Of a stretch of 39,408 bases of DNA, positions 8,034 to 16,703 are shown piece after piece (position 1 is the first letter of the stretch; every line of letters begins with the position of its first letter). The DNA comes from a virus. Its lineage: Duplodnaviria; Heunggongvirae; Uroviricota; Caudoviricetes. The stretch is from positions 1 through 39,408 of the IMG/VR virus record IMGVR_UViG_2917849834_000006. One strand, 5' to 3'. The translations under genes were made by a program, and so were the position numbers. Below the pieces are notes generated by a model. It was not told where the DNA came from and did no database searches. It saw nothing but the letters and a program-made list of their open reading frames with translations.

Positions 8034-8848
8034 GTATGGAGCTGATGGTTAAAGCGATGAAAATTCGAGTGGGTAATCCATTGCGAAAACTGGTTCTGAT
8101 CAAGCTGGCTGATAATGCCAGCGATCAGGGTGAGTGCTGGCCCAGCTACCAGCATATTGCTGACCAGTGCGAGATTAGCAAACGTTCTGTGATGAATCAT
8201 ATTGCGGCCCTTTGTGAGTCCGGGCTGGTAAAAAAAGTCACCCGGAAAGGTGAAAAAGGTAACTCAAGTAATATCTATCTCCTTCATCTGGATGGTGCAG
8301 GAGATTCACTAGGGGGTAGTGCAAATAATTCACTATCTGGTGCAGCAAATTCACCAGGTAGTGCAGGAGTTGCACCAGGGGGTAGTGCAGGAGATTCACC
8401 CAGAACCAGTCACTCTTTTGAACCAGTCAAAGAATCAGTCAATGAACCAATAGCTTTTGGTGCATCTGCTGATGAGTCTGTGCGAGTTCGTTCAAACCGA
8501 CCGGAATACTCTCCGGAGTTTGAGCAGGCATGGCTGGCATATCCCAAACGTGCTGGTGGCAATTCAAAATCTGCAGCCTTCAAAGCCTGGAAAGCCCGTT
8601 TGAATGAGGGGGTAAACCCCGAAACCATGCTGGAAGGTGTGAAACGCTACGCGGGCTGGGTATCTGCGATGGGTAACAGTGGCACACAATTTGTGAAACA
8701 GGCTGTCACGTTCTTTGGTCCGGATCGTCATTTCGAAGAATCCTGGGAAGTTCCTGCGGTATCTGCAGCCAGACGCGAGGACCCGTACTTCAAAGCCAGT
8801 TACGACAACGTGGACTACAGCCAGATCCCGGCAGGATTCAGGGGGTGA
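8030..8848 (+). CDS. Replication initiation protein (phage replisome organiser N-terminal HTH domain, O-like)
   Basis: N-terminal KLVLIKLADNASDQGECWPSYQHIADQCEISKRSVMNHIAALCESGLV winged-helix domain; internal G/S/A-rich linker encoded by iteron-like DNA repeats. Confidence 0.65.
   Translation: MSMELMVKAMKIRVGNPLRKLVLIKLADNASDQGECWPSYQHIADQCEISKRSVMNHIAALCESGLVKKVTRKGEKGNSSNIYLLHLDGAGDSLGGSANNSLSGAANSPGSAGVAPGGSAGDSPRTSHSFEPVKESVNEPIAFGASADESVRVRSNRPEYSPEFEQAWLAYPKRAGGNSKSAAFKAWKARLNEGVNPETMLEGVKRYAGWVSAMGNSGTQFVKQAVTFFGPDRHFEESWEVPAVSAARREDPYFKASYDNVDYSQIPAGFRG
8290..8400 (+). repeat. Iteron-like direct repeats inside the replication gene (candidate origin)
   Basis: Five or more copies of (G/A)GTGCA(G/C) with repeated GGTGCAGGAGATTCAC and GGGGGTAGTGCA units. 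Confidence 0.5.
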
Positions 8849-9339
8849 TCATGAGTCTTTTGAATGAAGTTCAGAAATTCATTGAAGCCCATCCGGGGTG
8901 TACTTCCGGAGACATTGCGGATGCTTTTACAGGTTACTCACGGCAGCGCGTTCTGCAGTCAGCAAGCAAGTTACGTCAGAGTGGGCGTGTGGCTCACCGT
9001 TGTGAAGGGGATACACGCAGACATTTCCCGCGCCTGACTGAGAGAGCGCAGGAGCCGGAACCACAACCAGTTCGTGAAACCAGACCTGTGCGCAATTTCT
9101 ATGTCGGCACTAACGATCCACGGGTGATTTTGTGCCTGACCCGCCAGGCTGAAGAACTGGAGTCAAGGGGCTTATACCGTCGTGCTGCAACCGTGTGGAT
9201 GGCGGCATTCCGTGAAAGCCACTCCCAGCCAGAACGAAACAATTTTCTGGCGCGTCGTGAGCGGTGCTTACGGAAAAGCAGCAAGCGCGCTGCATCGGGT
9301 GAAGAGTGGTATCTGTCAGGGAATTACGTGGGGGCTTAA
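8845..9339 (+). CDS. PerC-like transcriptional activator family protein, tentative
   Basis: 164 aa; C-terminal LYRRAATVWMAAFRES… resembles PerC-family proteins common in enterobacterial prophages. Confidence 0.35.
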   Translation: MIMSLLNEVQKFIEAHPGCTSGDIADAFTGYSRQRVLQSASKLRQSGRVAHRCEGDTRRHFPRLTERAQEPEPQPVRETRPVRNFYVGTNDPRVILCLTRQAEELESRGLYRRAATVWMAAFRESHSQPERNNFLARRERCLRKSSKRAASGEEWYLSGNYVGA

Positions 9340-9992
9340 TGAGTAATAAATATTGCCAGGCGCTGGTGGAACTGCGGAACAAACCAGTCCATGAACTGAA
9401 GGAAGTGGGCGATCAGTGGCGCACGCCGGACAACATTTTCTGGGGAATTAACACCCTGTTTGGCCCGTTTGTTCTGGATCTGTTCACTGACGGTGATAAC
9501 GCCAAATGTGCTGCGTATTACACGGCGGAAGACAACGCGCTGGCGCATGACTGGTCAGAACGTCTTGCGGAGCTTAAAGGTGCTGCCTTTGGTAATCCCC
9601 CATACAGCCGCGCCAGTCAGCATGAGGGGCAATACATCACCGGCATGCGTTACATCATGAAACATGCCAGTGCCATGCGTGATAAGGGCGGGCGCTATGT
9701 TTTCCTGATCAAAGCTGCCACCAGCGAAGTGTGGTGGCCGGAAGATGCGGACCATATTGCTTTTATTCGCGGGCGTATTGGTTTTGAACTGCCTGCCTGG
9801 TTTATCCCGAAGGACGAGAAGCAGGTGCCGACAGGAGCGTTCTTCGCTGGTGCTATTGCTGTTTTCGACAAGACCTGGAAGGGACCGGCAATCAGCTACA
9901 TCGGGCGCGATGAACTTGAGGCATGTGGTGAGGCGTTTCTGGCGCAGGTTCGCCAGCAGGCGGAAAAACTGGTCAGGGAGATGGCGGCATGA
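9339..9992 (+). CDS. Phage DNA N6-adenine methyltransferase (Dam family)
   Basis: GNPPY motif (AFGNPPYS); likely start is the ATG at 9339 (TAATG overlap with the upstream stop). Confidence 0.8.
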   Translation: MSNKYCQALVELRNKPVHELKEVGDQWRTPDNIFWGINTLFGPFVLDLFTDGDNAKCAAYYTAEDNALAHDWSERLAELKGAAFGNPPYSRASQHEGQYITGMRYIMKHASAMRDKGGRYVFLIKAATSEVWWPEDADHIAFIRGRIGFELPAWFIPKDEKQVPTGAFFAGAIAVFDKTWKGPAISYIGRDELEACGEAFLAQVRQQAEKLVREMAA

Positions 9993-10315
9993 CGACGTTA
10001 ACTCAATGCCAGCAGCAGGTGCTGGATATGCTGATTTCTTATCAGAAAGAACGTGGCTTCCCGCCAACCAATCAGGAGGTGGCAACCATGCTGGGATACC
10101 GTTCGGTGAATGCAGCGGTGGAGCATCTTCGCTCACTGGAGAAAAAAGGCGTCATCACGATAAAGCGTGGTGTGGCCCGGGGGATAACGCTTCATACCGC
10201 GGTGAAGGACGACGACAGCGAGGCGGTCGAGATTATCCGATCACTGCTTGCCGGTGAGGAAAACGCCAGGCTGCGTGCAGCCTACTGGTTACATGAGAGG
10301 GGCCTGAAAGTATGA
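9989..10315 (+). CDS. LexA-type N-terminal DNA-binding domain protein
   Basis: 108 aa; winged-HTH resembling the LexA DNA-binding domain; no peptidase domain. Confidence 0.5.
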   Translation: MTTLTQCQQQVLDMLISYQKERGFPPTNQEVATMLGYRSVNAAVEHLRSLEKKGVITIKRGVARGITLHTAVKDDDSEAVEIIRSLLAGEENARLRAAYWLHERGLKV

Positions 10316-10701
10316 AGCTGATTCTGCCTTTTCCGCCCAGCGTGAACACGTACTGGCGACACCCCAACAAAGGGGCGTTTGCAGGTAAGAGCCTGATAAG
10401 CGCGGCGGGACGCAAATTCCAGAGCGCGGCGTGTGCAGCAATAGTTGAGCAGTTACGTCGTCTGCCAAAACCAACGTCGGCACCTGCTTCAGTGGAGATC
10501 GTGTTGTTTCCTCCGGATAACCGGATCCGCGATCTGGACAACTATAACAAGGCGCTGTTTGACGCCCTGACCCACGCGGGTGTGTGGGAAGACGACAGTC
10601 AGGTGAAAAGAATGCTGGTGGAGTGGGGACCGGTTATCCCGGAAGGGAAGGTCGAGATCACTATCAGTAAGTACGAGAAAACGGCGGGTGCAGCCGCCTG
10701 A
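10312..10701 (+). CDS. rusA: RusA-type Holliday junction resolvase
   Basis: 129 aa; LPFPPSVNTYWRH…DLDNYNKALFDALTHAGVWEDDSQV matches the RusA family. Confidence 0.9.
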   Translation: MKLILPFPPSVNTYWRHPNKGAFAGKSLISAAGRKFQSAACAAIVEQLRRLPKPTSAPASVEIVLFPPDNRIRDLDNYNKALFDALTHAGVWEDDSQVKRMLVEWGPVIPEGKVEITISKYEKTAGAAA

Positions 10702-10720
10702 TCAAGAGGAGAAACGAAGT

Positions 10721-11518
10721 ATGAATAATCTGATGGTCATTGATGGTATTGAAGTTCGTCGTGATGCTTATGGGCGTTACAGCCTGAACGATCTGCACAG
10801 GGCTGCCGGTTCTCTGGATAAGCATAAGCCTGCATACTGGCTCCGCAATGAGCAAACTGAACGTTTAATAAGCGAGTTGCAGATTTGCAACTCGGTCAAT
10901 ATAGAGCCAGTTAACGTTATTCGTGGCGGAAATAACCAGGGGACGTATGTCTGCAAAGAACTGGTGTATGCCTATGCAATGTGGATCAGCCCGTCATTCC
11001 ATCTGAAGGTGATCCGTACTTTCGACATGGTAACCAGCGCACCTGAAAAATTATCCGGACAGGCTGCTGACAAGATGCAGGCTGGCGTGATTCTGCTGGA
11101 CTTTATGCGTCGGGAGTTAAACCTGTCTAACTCATCTGTGCTTGGGGCCTGTCAGAAACTCCAGGAGGCTGTTGGCTTACCGAATCTGGCACCGCGCTAT
11201 GCCATTGATGCTCCTGCTGACGCGCCTGATGGCTCAAGTCGCCCTACGCTGTCGCTGAGTGCACTGCTGAAACAGTATGGTATCCGCCTTACGGCTAATC
11301 AGGCATATCACCAGATGGTGAAGCTGGGGATCGTCGAACAGCGCGAACGATACAGCCGTACCGCGATTAACAACATCAAAAAATTCTGGTCGCTGACAGC
11401 GAAAGGCTGCATGTTCGGCAAGAACATCACCAGTCCCGCAAATCCGCGCGAGACGCAGCCGCATTTCTTCGAATCCCGATTCCCTGAGCTGTTAAAGCTG
11501 CTCGATACCGTTCATTGA
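10721..11518 (+). CDS. KilA-N domain protein (antirepressor-like)
   Basis: KilA-N signature GTYVCKELVYAYAMWISPSFHLKVI; likely start is the ATG at 10721 after AGGAG, rather than the track start at 10688. Confidence 0.75.
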   Translation: MNNLMVIDGIEVRRDAYGRYSLNDLHRAAGSLDKHKPAYWLRNEQTERLISELQICNSVNIEPVNVIRGGNNQGTYVCKELVYAYAMWISPSFHLKVIRTFDMVTSAPEKLSGQAADKMQAGVILLDFMRRELNLSNSSVLGACQKLQEAVGLPNLAPRYAIDAPADAPDGSSRPTLSLSALLKQYGIRLTANQAYHQMVKLGIVEQRERYSRTAINNIKKFWSLTAKGCMFGKNITSPANPRETQPHFFESRFPELLKLLDTVH

Positions 11519-11519
11519 G

Positions 11520-12515
11520 GTGACCGTGAGAGCACTACTGACCCCTGAAATTGCCCCGCGCATGGGGATCGTATTGTTCAGGCCAGGTTCAGAGCTGATG
11601 CCCTTGTTTATGCAGGGGCGTGTCCTGCTGGAGCCTGAGCCGGAACGTTATTCATCTTTCGCCAGTGGTGCCGTTCCGGCGGCATCACAACCGCTGGCGG
11701 ATGATCCTGCCGTTCAGGCCGTGTTCCGCAATGAGGCAGTGATCCGTCGTGCTGGTGGCGTGGAATGTCTTGAAAGCTGGTTACTTCGTGAAAAAGGCTG
11801 CCAGTGGCCTCATTCCGACTGGCACAGCGAGAACATGACCACAATGCGACACGCGCCGGGCGCAATCCGTCTGTGCTGGCACTGCGATAACCAGCTGCGC
11901 GATCAGTTCACGGAACGGCTGGAATCAATGGCAACGGATAACTGTGCCCGCTGGGTGTTGTCTGTAGTCCGTCGGGATCTCGGTTTTGATGATAACCATG
12001 CCGTGACAATGCCGGAACTGTGCTGGTGGCTGATTCGTAATGACCTGGCGGATGCCTTACCTGAAAGCGCAGCCCGTAAGGCGCTGAGATTACCGAAACC
12101 TGTTGTGCCGTCTGTCACCCGGGAAAGTGACCTTGTGCCTTCGGTTCCTGCCACCAGCATCATCCAGGATAAAGCGAAAAAGGTGCTGGCGCTGAAAGTG
12201 GATCCGGAGTCGCCAGAGTCTTTTATGTTACGCCCAAAACGCCGCCGCTGGGTTAATGAAAAGTACACGCGCTGGGTTAAGACACAGCCGTGTGCATGTT
12301 GTGGAAAGCCTGCTGATGATCCCCACCACCTGATAGGCCATGGTCAGGGTGGAATGGGTACAAAAGCGCATGACCTCTTTGTGTTGCCTTTGTGCAGAAA
12401 GCATCACGACGAGCTGCATGCGGATACCGTGGCATTTGAAGAGAAGTATGGCTCTCAGCTGGAGCTGATATTTCGTTTTATCGATCGTGCGCTGGCAATT
12501 GGCGTATTGGCGTAA
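11520..12515 (+). CDS. DUF968 / Ref-like HNH-motif protein
   Basis: C-terminal cysteine/histidine cluster CACCGKPADDPHHLIGHG…CRKHHDELH; GTG start. Confidence 0.55.
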   Translation: MTVRALLTPEIAPRMGIVLFRPGSELMPLFMQGRVLLEPEPERYSSFASGAVPAASQPLADDPAVQAVFRNEAVIRRAGGVECLESWLLREKGCQWPHSDWHSENMTTMRHAPGAIRLCWHCDNQLRDQFTERLESMATDNCARWVLSVVRRDLGFDDNHAVTMPELCWWLIRNDLADALPESAARKALRLPKPVVPSVTRESDLVPSVPATSIIQDKAKKVLALKVDPESPESFMLRPKRRRWVNEKYTRWVKTQPCACCGKPADDPHHLIGHGQGGMGTKAHDLFVLPLCRKHHDELHADTVAFEEKYGSQLELIFRFIDRALAIGVLA

Positions 12516-12528
12516 GTGGAGAACGAGC

Positions 12529-13281
12529 ATGAACCTTGAAGCCTTACCAAAATATTACTCCCCAAAATCTCCAAAATTGAGCGATGACGCACCGGCGACA
12601 GGCTCAGGTGGTTTAACGATTACGGATGTGATGGCTGCGCAGGGGATGGTGCAGTCGAAAGCACCGCTTGGGTTTGCCTTATTCCTGGCAAAAGTTGGTG
12701 TTCAGGATCCTCAATTTGCGATTGAAGGTCTGCTCAATTACGCGATGGCACTGGATAACCCGACATTGAACAAATTGAGTGAAGAAACCCGGTTACAGAT
12801 CATCCCTTACCTTGTGAATTTTGCCTTTGCTGATTATTCCAGGTCTGCGGCAAGTAAGGCTCGCTGTGAGCATTGTGCTGGTACTGGATTTCATAATGTA
12901 TTGCGCGAAGTGGTGAAACACTCCAGAAGCGGGGAATCTGTTATCAAGGAAGAGTGGGTGAAGGAACTATGTCAGCATTGCCATGGTAAGGGAGAAGTCA
13001 GCACGGCTTGCAGAGGGTGTAAGGGTAAAGGCATTGTCCTGGATGAAAAAAGAACCCGGCTTCATGGCGCGCCTGTTTATAAGATTTGTGGGCGTTGCAA
13101 TGGAAATCGGTTTAGTCGTTTACCGACCACACTGGCACGACGTCATGTCCAGAAGCTGGTACCAGACCTGACTGATTATCAGTGGTACAAAGGATATGCA
13201 GACGTCATTGATAAACTGGTAACAAAGTGCTGGCAGGAAGAAGCATTCGCAGAGTTACAGTTGCAAAAAGTGACACGATAG
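12529..13281 (+). CDS. Late gene antiterminator Q-like protein
   Basis: Zinc-binding CxxC…CxxC cluster (CEHCAGTG…CQHCHGKG…CRGCKGKG…CGRC); position just upstream of the lysis cassette; likely start at 12529. Confidence 0.65.
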   Translation: MNLEALPKYYSPKSPKLSDDAPATGSGGLTITDVMAAQGMVQSKAPLGFALFLAKVGVQDPQFAIEGLLNYAMALDNPTLNKLSEETRLQIIPYLVNFAFADYSRSAASKARCEHCAGTGFHNVLREVVKHSRSGESVIKEEWVKELCQHCHGKGEVSTACRGCKGKGIVLDEKRTRLHGAPVYKICGRCNGNRFSRLPTTLARRHVQKLVPDLTDYQWYKGYADVIDKLVTKCWQEEAFAELQLQKVTR

Positions 13282-13472
13282 CTACATTTTTAATGATTTT
13301 CTCCGCATAATGCTTGCAATTTTCAAAAAATATGGTTAGCCTTAACGTAAAGATGGGCATTGAATGTCTAACTTTTATAAACCCGCTCAGGCGGGTTTAT
13401 GTTGCATGTTTTTTGAACAGGTGATATTGTGATCTCCATCACATTTGTGATGCTGGTTGAAAGGAGATCACC

Positions 13473-13676
13473 ATGCAAAATAGTAAACACACGACCAAGA
13501 AGGTCGTGGCAATTGCAAATAATATTGAGATTGGCTCAGTATTAGTGTCTGCTACTCAGAAAAGTATTCTGCTGAATACTGGTTGGGAATTACCAATTAT
13601 AGAAGTAGACAAGCTGTCTCATTCCTATGAGGTTTACATTAAACCTCGTCATAAAACCCTCCATCCTTCGCGATGA
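13473..13676 (+). CDS. Small hypothetical protein between Q and the lysis genes (moron position)
   Basis: 67-aa ORF with GGAG RBS, lower GC, followed by an intrinsic terminator. Confidence 0.45.
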   Translation: MQNSKHTTKKVVAIANNIEIGSVLVSATQKSILLNTGWELPIIEVDKLSHSYEVYIKPRHKTLHPSR

Positions 13677-13693
13677 TGAAAGTAAGATTTTTG

Positions 13694-13719
13694 AGGCCGC
13701 CTACGGGCGGCCTTTTTTA
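13694..13719 (+). terminator. Rho-independent terminator upstream of the holin gene
   Basis: AGGCCGCC-tacg-GGCGGCCT followed by a T6 run. Confidence 0.65.
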
Positions 13720-13805
13720 TGCGCACTTCTGCAAATCAGCGTTATAACCAGCTTCTTTCCCTTTTACTCGTTGCACTTCCGGTAACCGGAGGTGGGAATT
13801 ATGAA

Positions 13806-14141
13806 ATGCACAACGATCCTCATTCCTGGCCTGACTTACTTGAATTGTTACAGAGCTGGTGGCGTGGAGACACACCACTGGGCGCAGTGATTATGTCGAT
13901 TGTTATGGCTGGATTGCGCATTGCCTATTTTGGCGGTGGTGGTGGCTGGAAGCGAAAAACGCTCGAGATTTTGCTCTGTGGTGCTCTTACGCTGACTTTT
14001 GCATCCGCGCTTGAGTATGTCGGATGGCCTAAATCGCTTTCTGTTGCCATTGGTGGCGGCGTTGGGCTGATCGGTGTCGATGCTATTCGTGGGGCTGCAA
14101 TGCGAGTAATCGGTAACAAGTTTGGTAGCTCGAAGGAGTAA
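13806..14141 (+). CDS. Holin (lambda S-like, three TM segments)
   Basis: Three hydrophobic segments and charged C-terminus; immediately upstream of the endolysin gene; start uncertain (ATG at 13806 preferred over track start 13719). Confidence 0.7.
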   Translation: MHNDPHSWPDLLELLQSWWRGDTPLGAVIMSIVMAGLRIAYFGGGGGWKRKTLEILLCGALTLTFASALEYVGWPKSLSVAIGGGVGLIGVDAIRGAAMRVIGNKFGSSKE

Positions 14142-14144
14142 TTT

Positions 14145-14621
14145 ATGCAGGTGTTAAATTCCCAGCGTAAAGCTTTCCTTGATATGGTGGCATGGTCAGA
14201 AGGAACGGATAACGGGCGACAACCGACACGTAACCACGGTTATGACGTTATTGTCGGTGGAGAACTCTTCACTGATTACTCCGATCACCCTCGCAAACTT
14301 GTCACGCTAAACCCGAAACTCAAATCAACAGCTGCAGGCCGTTATCAACTTCTTTCACGCTGGTGGGATGCTTACCGCAAGCAGCTTGGGCTGAAAGACT
14401 TCTCTCCCAGAAGCCAGGATTCAGTGGCATTACAGCAGATTAAAGAGCGTGGCGCTTTACCGATGATTGATCGCGGTGATATCCGTCAGGCTATCGATCG
14501 TTGCAGCAATATCTGGGCGTCATTACCCGGTGCAGGTTACAGTCAGTATGAACATAAAATCGGTGACCTGATTGCCCGATTTAAAGAGGCTGGTGGGGTG
14601 GTAAATGAAGTTGAGTTATAA
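14145..14621 (+). CDS. R: Endolysin, lambda R-type lytic transglycosylase
   Basis: 158 aa; near-identical over most of its length to lambda R as recalled (…NQRKAFLDM…AWSEGTDNGRQ…YDVIVGGELFTDYSDHPRKLV…). Confidence 0.95.
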   Translation: MQVLNSQRKAFLDMVAWSEGTDNGRQPTRNHGYDVIVGGELFTDYSDHPRKLVTLNPKLKSTAAGRYQLLSRWWDAYRKQLGLKDFSPRSQDSVALQQIKERGALPMIDRGDIRQAIDRCSNIWASLPGAGYSQYEHKIGDLIARFKEAGGVVNEVEL

Positions 14622-14994
14622 GCTGGTTATCTCTGCTTTCTTCGTTACTGTCGTCAGTTCTATCATCTGGTCAGCCAACTACTACAGCAAATATCAGCAC
14701 GAAAAGAAACGTGCTGATGATGCTGCACGAAATGCTGAATCAGCAACTGCTATTACCAATAACGTCCTGCAATCAGTGCAAATCATAAATACAGTTCTGG
14801 AGGCTAACCAGCATGCAAAACAGCAGATCGCACTGGAGTCACAGAGAACCCAGGAAGATATCAAAGCGGCTGTTGCGGATGATGATTGTGCTTCACGTCC
14901 TGTGCCTGCTGCCGCTGCTGACCGGTTGCGGAAATTCGCGAACGGTTTACGTGAGCGCTCCGGTGGCACCACTGCCAGCCAGTCTGACTTCTGA
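14605..14994 (+). CDS. Rz-like inner-membrane spanin
   Basis: N-terminal TM segment, coiled-coil-like periplasmic region, position after the endolysin. Confidence 0.7.
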   Translation: MKLSYKLVISAFFVTVVSSIIWSANYYSKYQHEKKRADDAARNAESATAITNNVLQSVQIINTVLEANQHAKQQIALESQRTQEDIKAAVADDDCASRPVPAAAADRLRKFANGLRERSGGTTASQSDF

Positions 14995-15154
14995 TACTCC
15001 TGTACCGTTTATACCCAATCCGCTGACGTATGGTGCCAGTCTGGAGTTGAATGTGAGTCTGTTGTCAGCGTTGGGACAATGCAATATTGACAAAGCGGGG
15101 ATTAGAAAGATAGAGGCGAGCCGGTCAGGTAGAAATGAATCAGGCTCAAAGTGA
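14879..15154 (+). CDS. Rz1-like outer-membrane lipoprotein spanin, starts inside Rz in the +1 frame and extends beyond it
   Basis: Signal peptide with lipobox LLTGC and proline-rich mature region. Confidence 0.65.
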   Translation: MMIVLHVLCLLPLLTGCGNSRTVYVSAPVAPLPASLTSDTPVPFIPNPLTYGASLELNVSLLSALGQCNIDKAGIRKIEASRSGRNESGSK

Positions 15155-15236
15155 AGCGGAAAAGGTCTGTGGCACAAACTGATGCTGCCATAATTACAGC
15201 CTGATGACTTGTGGAATGAAACATGTTGAACCTCCT

Positions 15237-15797
15237 TAATTGATGTGATTCGAGTGAGGAAGGCATTCTGTCCTTCTATAGTGTCCAGTAAATCAAACAG
15301 GAAGCTTGTCTCACGTGTGAGACAAGCCTCTCCATTAGCGAGTTGTATTGATTACAACTCTTCAAAGAGTTCATTACTGGGTAGATGAAAATAGTTTCAC
15401 GACGAATGGAGGAGACTATGTCGGTGGCTTCTTCATTGGAGTACATATGCTCCCTCGAACCTCAAAAGCATGCCGAGTTCGCGGCTGCCGCCATACCACG
15501 ACTGACCCGTGTTGAAGCTCCGTAATTGATGTTATTCGAGTGAGGAAGGCATTCTGCCCCCCTATACTGTCCAGTAAATCAAACAGGAAACTTGCCTCAC
15601 GCGTGAGACAAGCCTCTCCCATCAGTGAGTTGTATTGATCTCGACTCTTCAAAGAATTCATTACTGGGTAGATGAAAATAGTTTCACGACGAATGGAGGA
15701 GGCTATGTCGGTAGCTTCTTCATTGGAGTACATATGCCACCACGAACCCCAAAAGCCTGCCGTGTTCGCGGCTGCCGCCATACCACAACTGACCCGT
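15237..15797 (+). repeat. Two diverged tandem copies of a ~286-bp unit (15237-15515 and 15523-15797), each with a long palindrome and an HNH-gene 5' end
   Basis: Direct comparison: about 90% identity between copies; copy 1 holds a 22-codon remnant MLPRTSKACRVRGCRHTTTDPC* (15447-15515), copy 2 holds the intact HNH start. Confidence 0.8.
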
Positions 15798-16084
15798 CAG
15801 GCTATTGCGAAAGCCACAAAAGTGAAGGCTGGAAGCAATACAAGCCAGGACAATCCCGTCATCAGCGCGGTTATGGTTCGAAGTGGGACGGTATCCGCGT
15901 GCGCGTCCTGAAGCGTGACAAAGGTTTATGTCAGTTATGTCTGCGTGCTGGTGTGGTGCGTGAGGCGAAAACCGTTGACCACATAATTCCTAAAGCGCAT
16001 GGCGGCACAGATTCAGACAGCAATCTGCAGAGCCTGTGCTGGCCGTGTCATAAGGCGAAGACGGCTCGTGAACGGCTGAAGTAA
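15734..16084 (+). CDS. HNH endonuclease (packaging-associated)
   Basis: HNH motif …DHIIPKAHGGTDSDSNLQSLCWPCHKAK…; directly upstream of the terminase small subunit; ATG at 15734 with GGAG RBS. Confidence 0.85.
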   Translation: MPPRTPKACRVRGCRHTTTDPSGYCESHKSEGWKQYKPGQSRHQRGYGSKWDGIRVRVLKRDKGLCQLCLRAGVVREAKTVDHIIPKAHGGTDSDSNLQSLCWPCHKAKTARERLK

Positions 16085-16208
16085 GAACCAGTTCCCACTG
16101 CCAGAGGGGAGGGCGGGTCAAATCCCTGTGACCTGACGCCTTCAGGACTGCCCGCCCCATCGTTTTTTTATACCCGCGAAAAATGAAATTTAACCAGGAG
16201 TGCCGCAT

Positions 16209-16703
16209 ATGGCTGGAACGGCGGGGCGTTCCGGGCGTCGCCCCAAGCCAACGGCGCGCAAGGCGCTGGCCGGAAACCCCGGCAAGCGAGCCCTGAACAA
16301 AGATGAACCCGTTTTTACGCCCATCAAAGGTGTTGAGCCACCGGAGTGGTTCGCTGAAGAAGAGCTCCCTCTCGCCACGATCATGTGGCAACTGACAACC
16401 AAAGAACTCTGCGGTCAGGGCCTGCTGTGCGTGACTGACCTCGCAGTGCTTGAGCGGTGGTGCGTGGCCTATGAGTTCTGGCGACGTGCTGTGAAAAATA
16501 TTGCCAGACAGGGCAACACCATCACCGGTGCAATGGGCGGCATGGTCAAAAATCCGGAGCTGACCGCCAAAAAAGAACAGGAGTCCGAGATGAGCAGTAC
16601 GGGGGCAATGCTCGGACTCGACCCCAGCAGCCGCCAGCGTCTGATTGGCCTGGCGGGGCAGAAGAAAGCCACTAACCCGTTTCTGAAAATTATCGAATCA
16701 TGA
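16209..16703 (+). CDS. Terminase small subunit (P27/HK97 family)
   Basis: Position between HNH and large terminase, size, charged N-terminus; ATG at 16209 with GGAG RBS. Confidence 0.8.
   Translation: MAGTAGRSGRRPKPTARKALAGNPGKRALNKDEPVFTPIKGVEPPEWFAEEELPLATIMWQLTTKELCGQGLLCVTDLAVLERWCVAYEFWRRAVKNIARQGNTITGAMGGMVKNPELTAKKEQESEMSSTGAMLGLDPSSRQRLIGLAGQKKATNPFLKIIES

Noticed and set aside
9555-10257. Overlapping ORFs (minus 193 aa, plus 170 aa) across the Dam and LexA-like genes
   Set aside because: Alternative frames of well-supported plus-strand genes (GNPPY methyltransferase); Arg/Pro-rich spurious translations.
15416-15781. 121-aa minus-strand ORF spanning both tandem repeat copies
   Set aside because: Lies across the diverged duplication antisense to the HNH start; no RBS; most likely a repeat artefact.
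15237-15797. Possible CRISPR array
   Set aside because: Only two copies of a ~286-bp unit, far longer than CRISPR repeats, with no short repeat-spacer periodicity; no CRISPR array was seen anywhere in the window.
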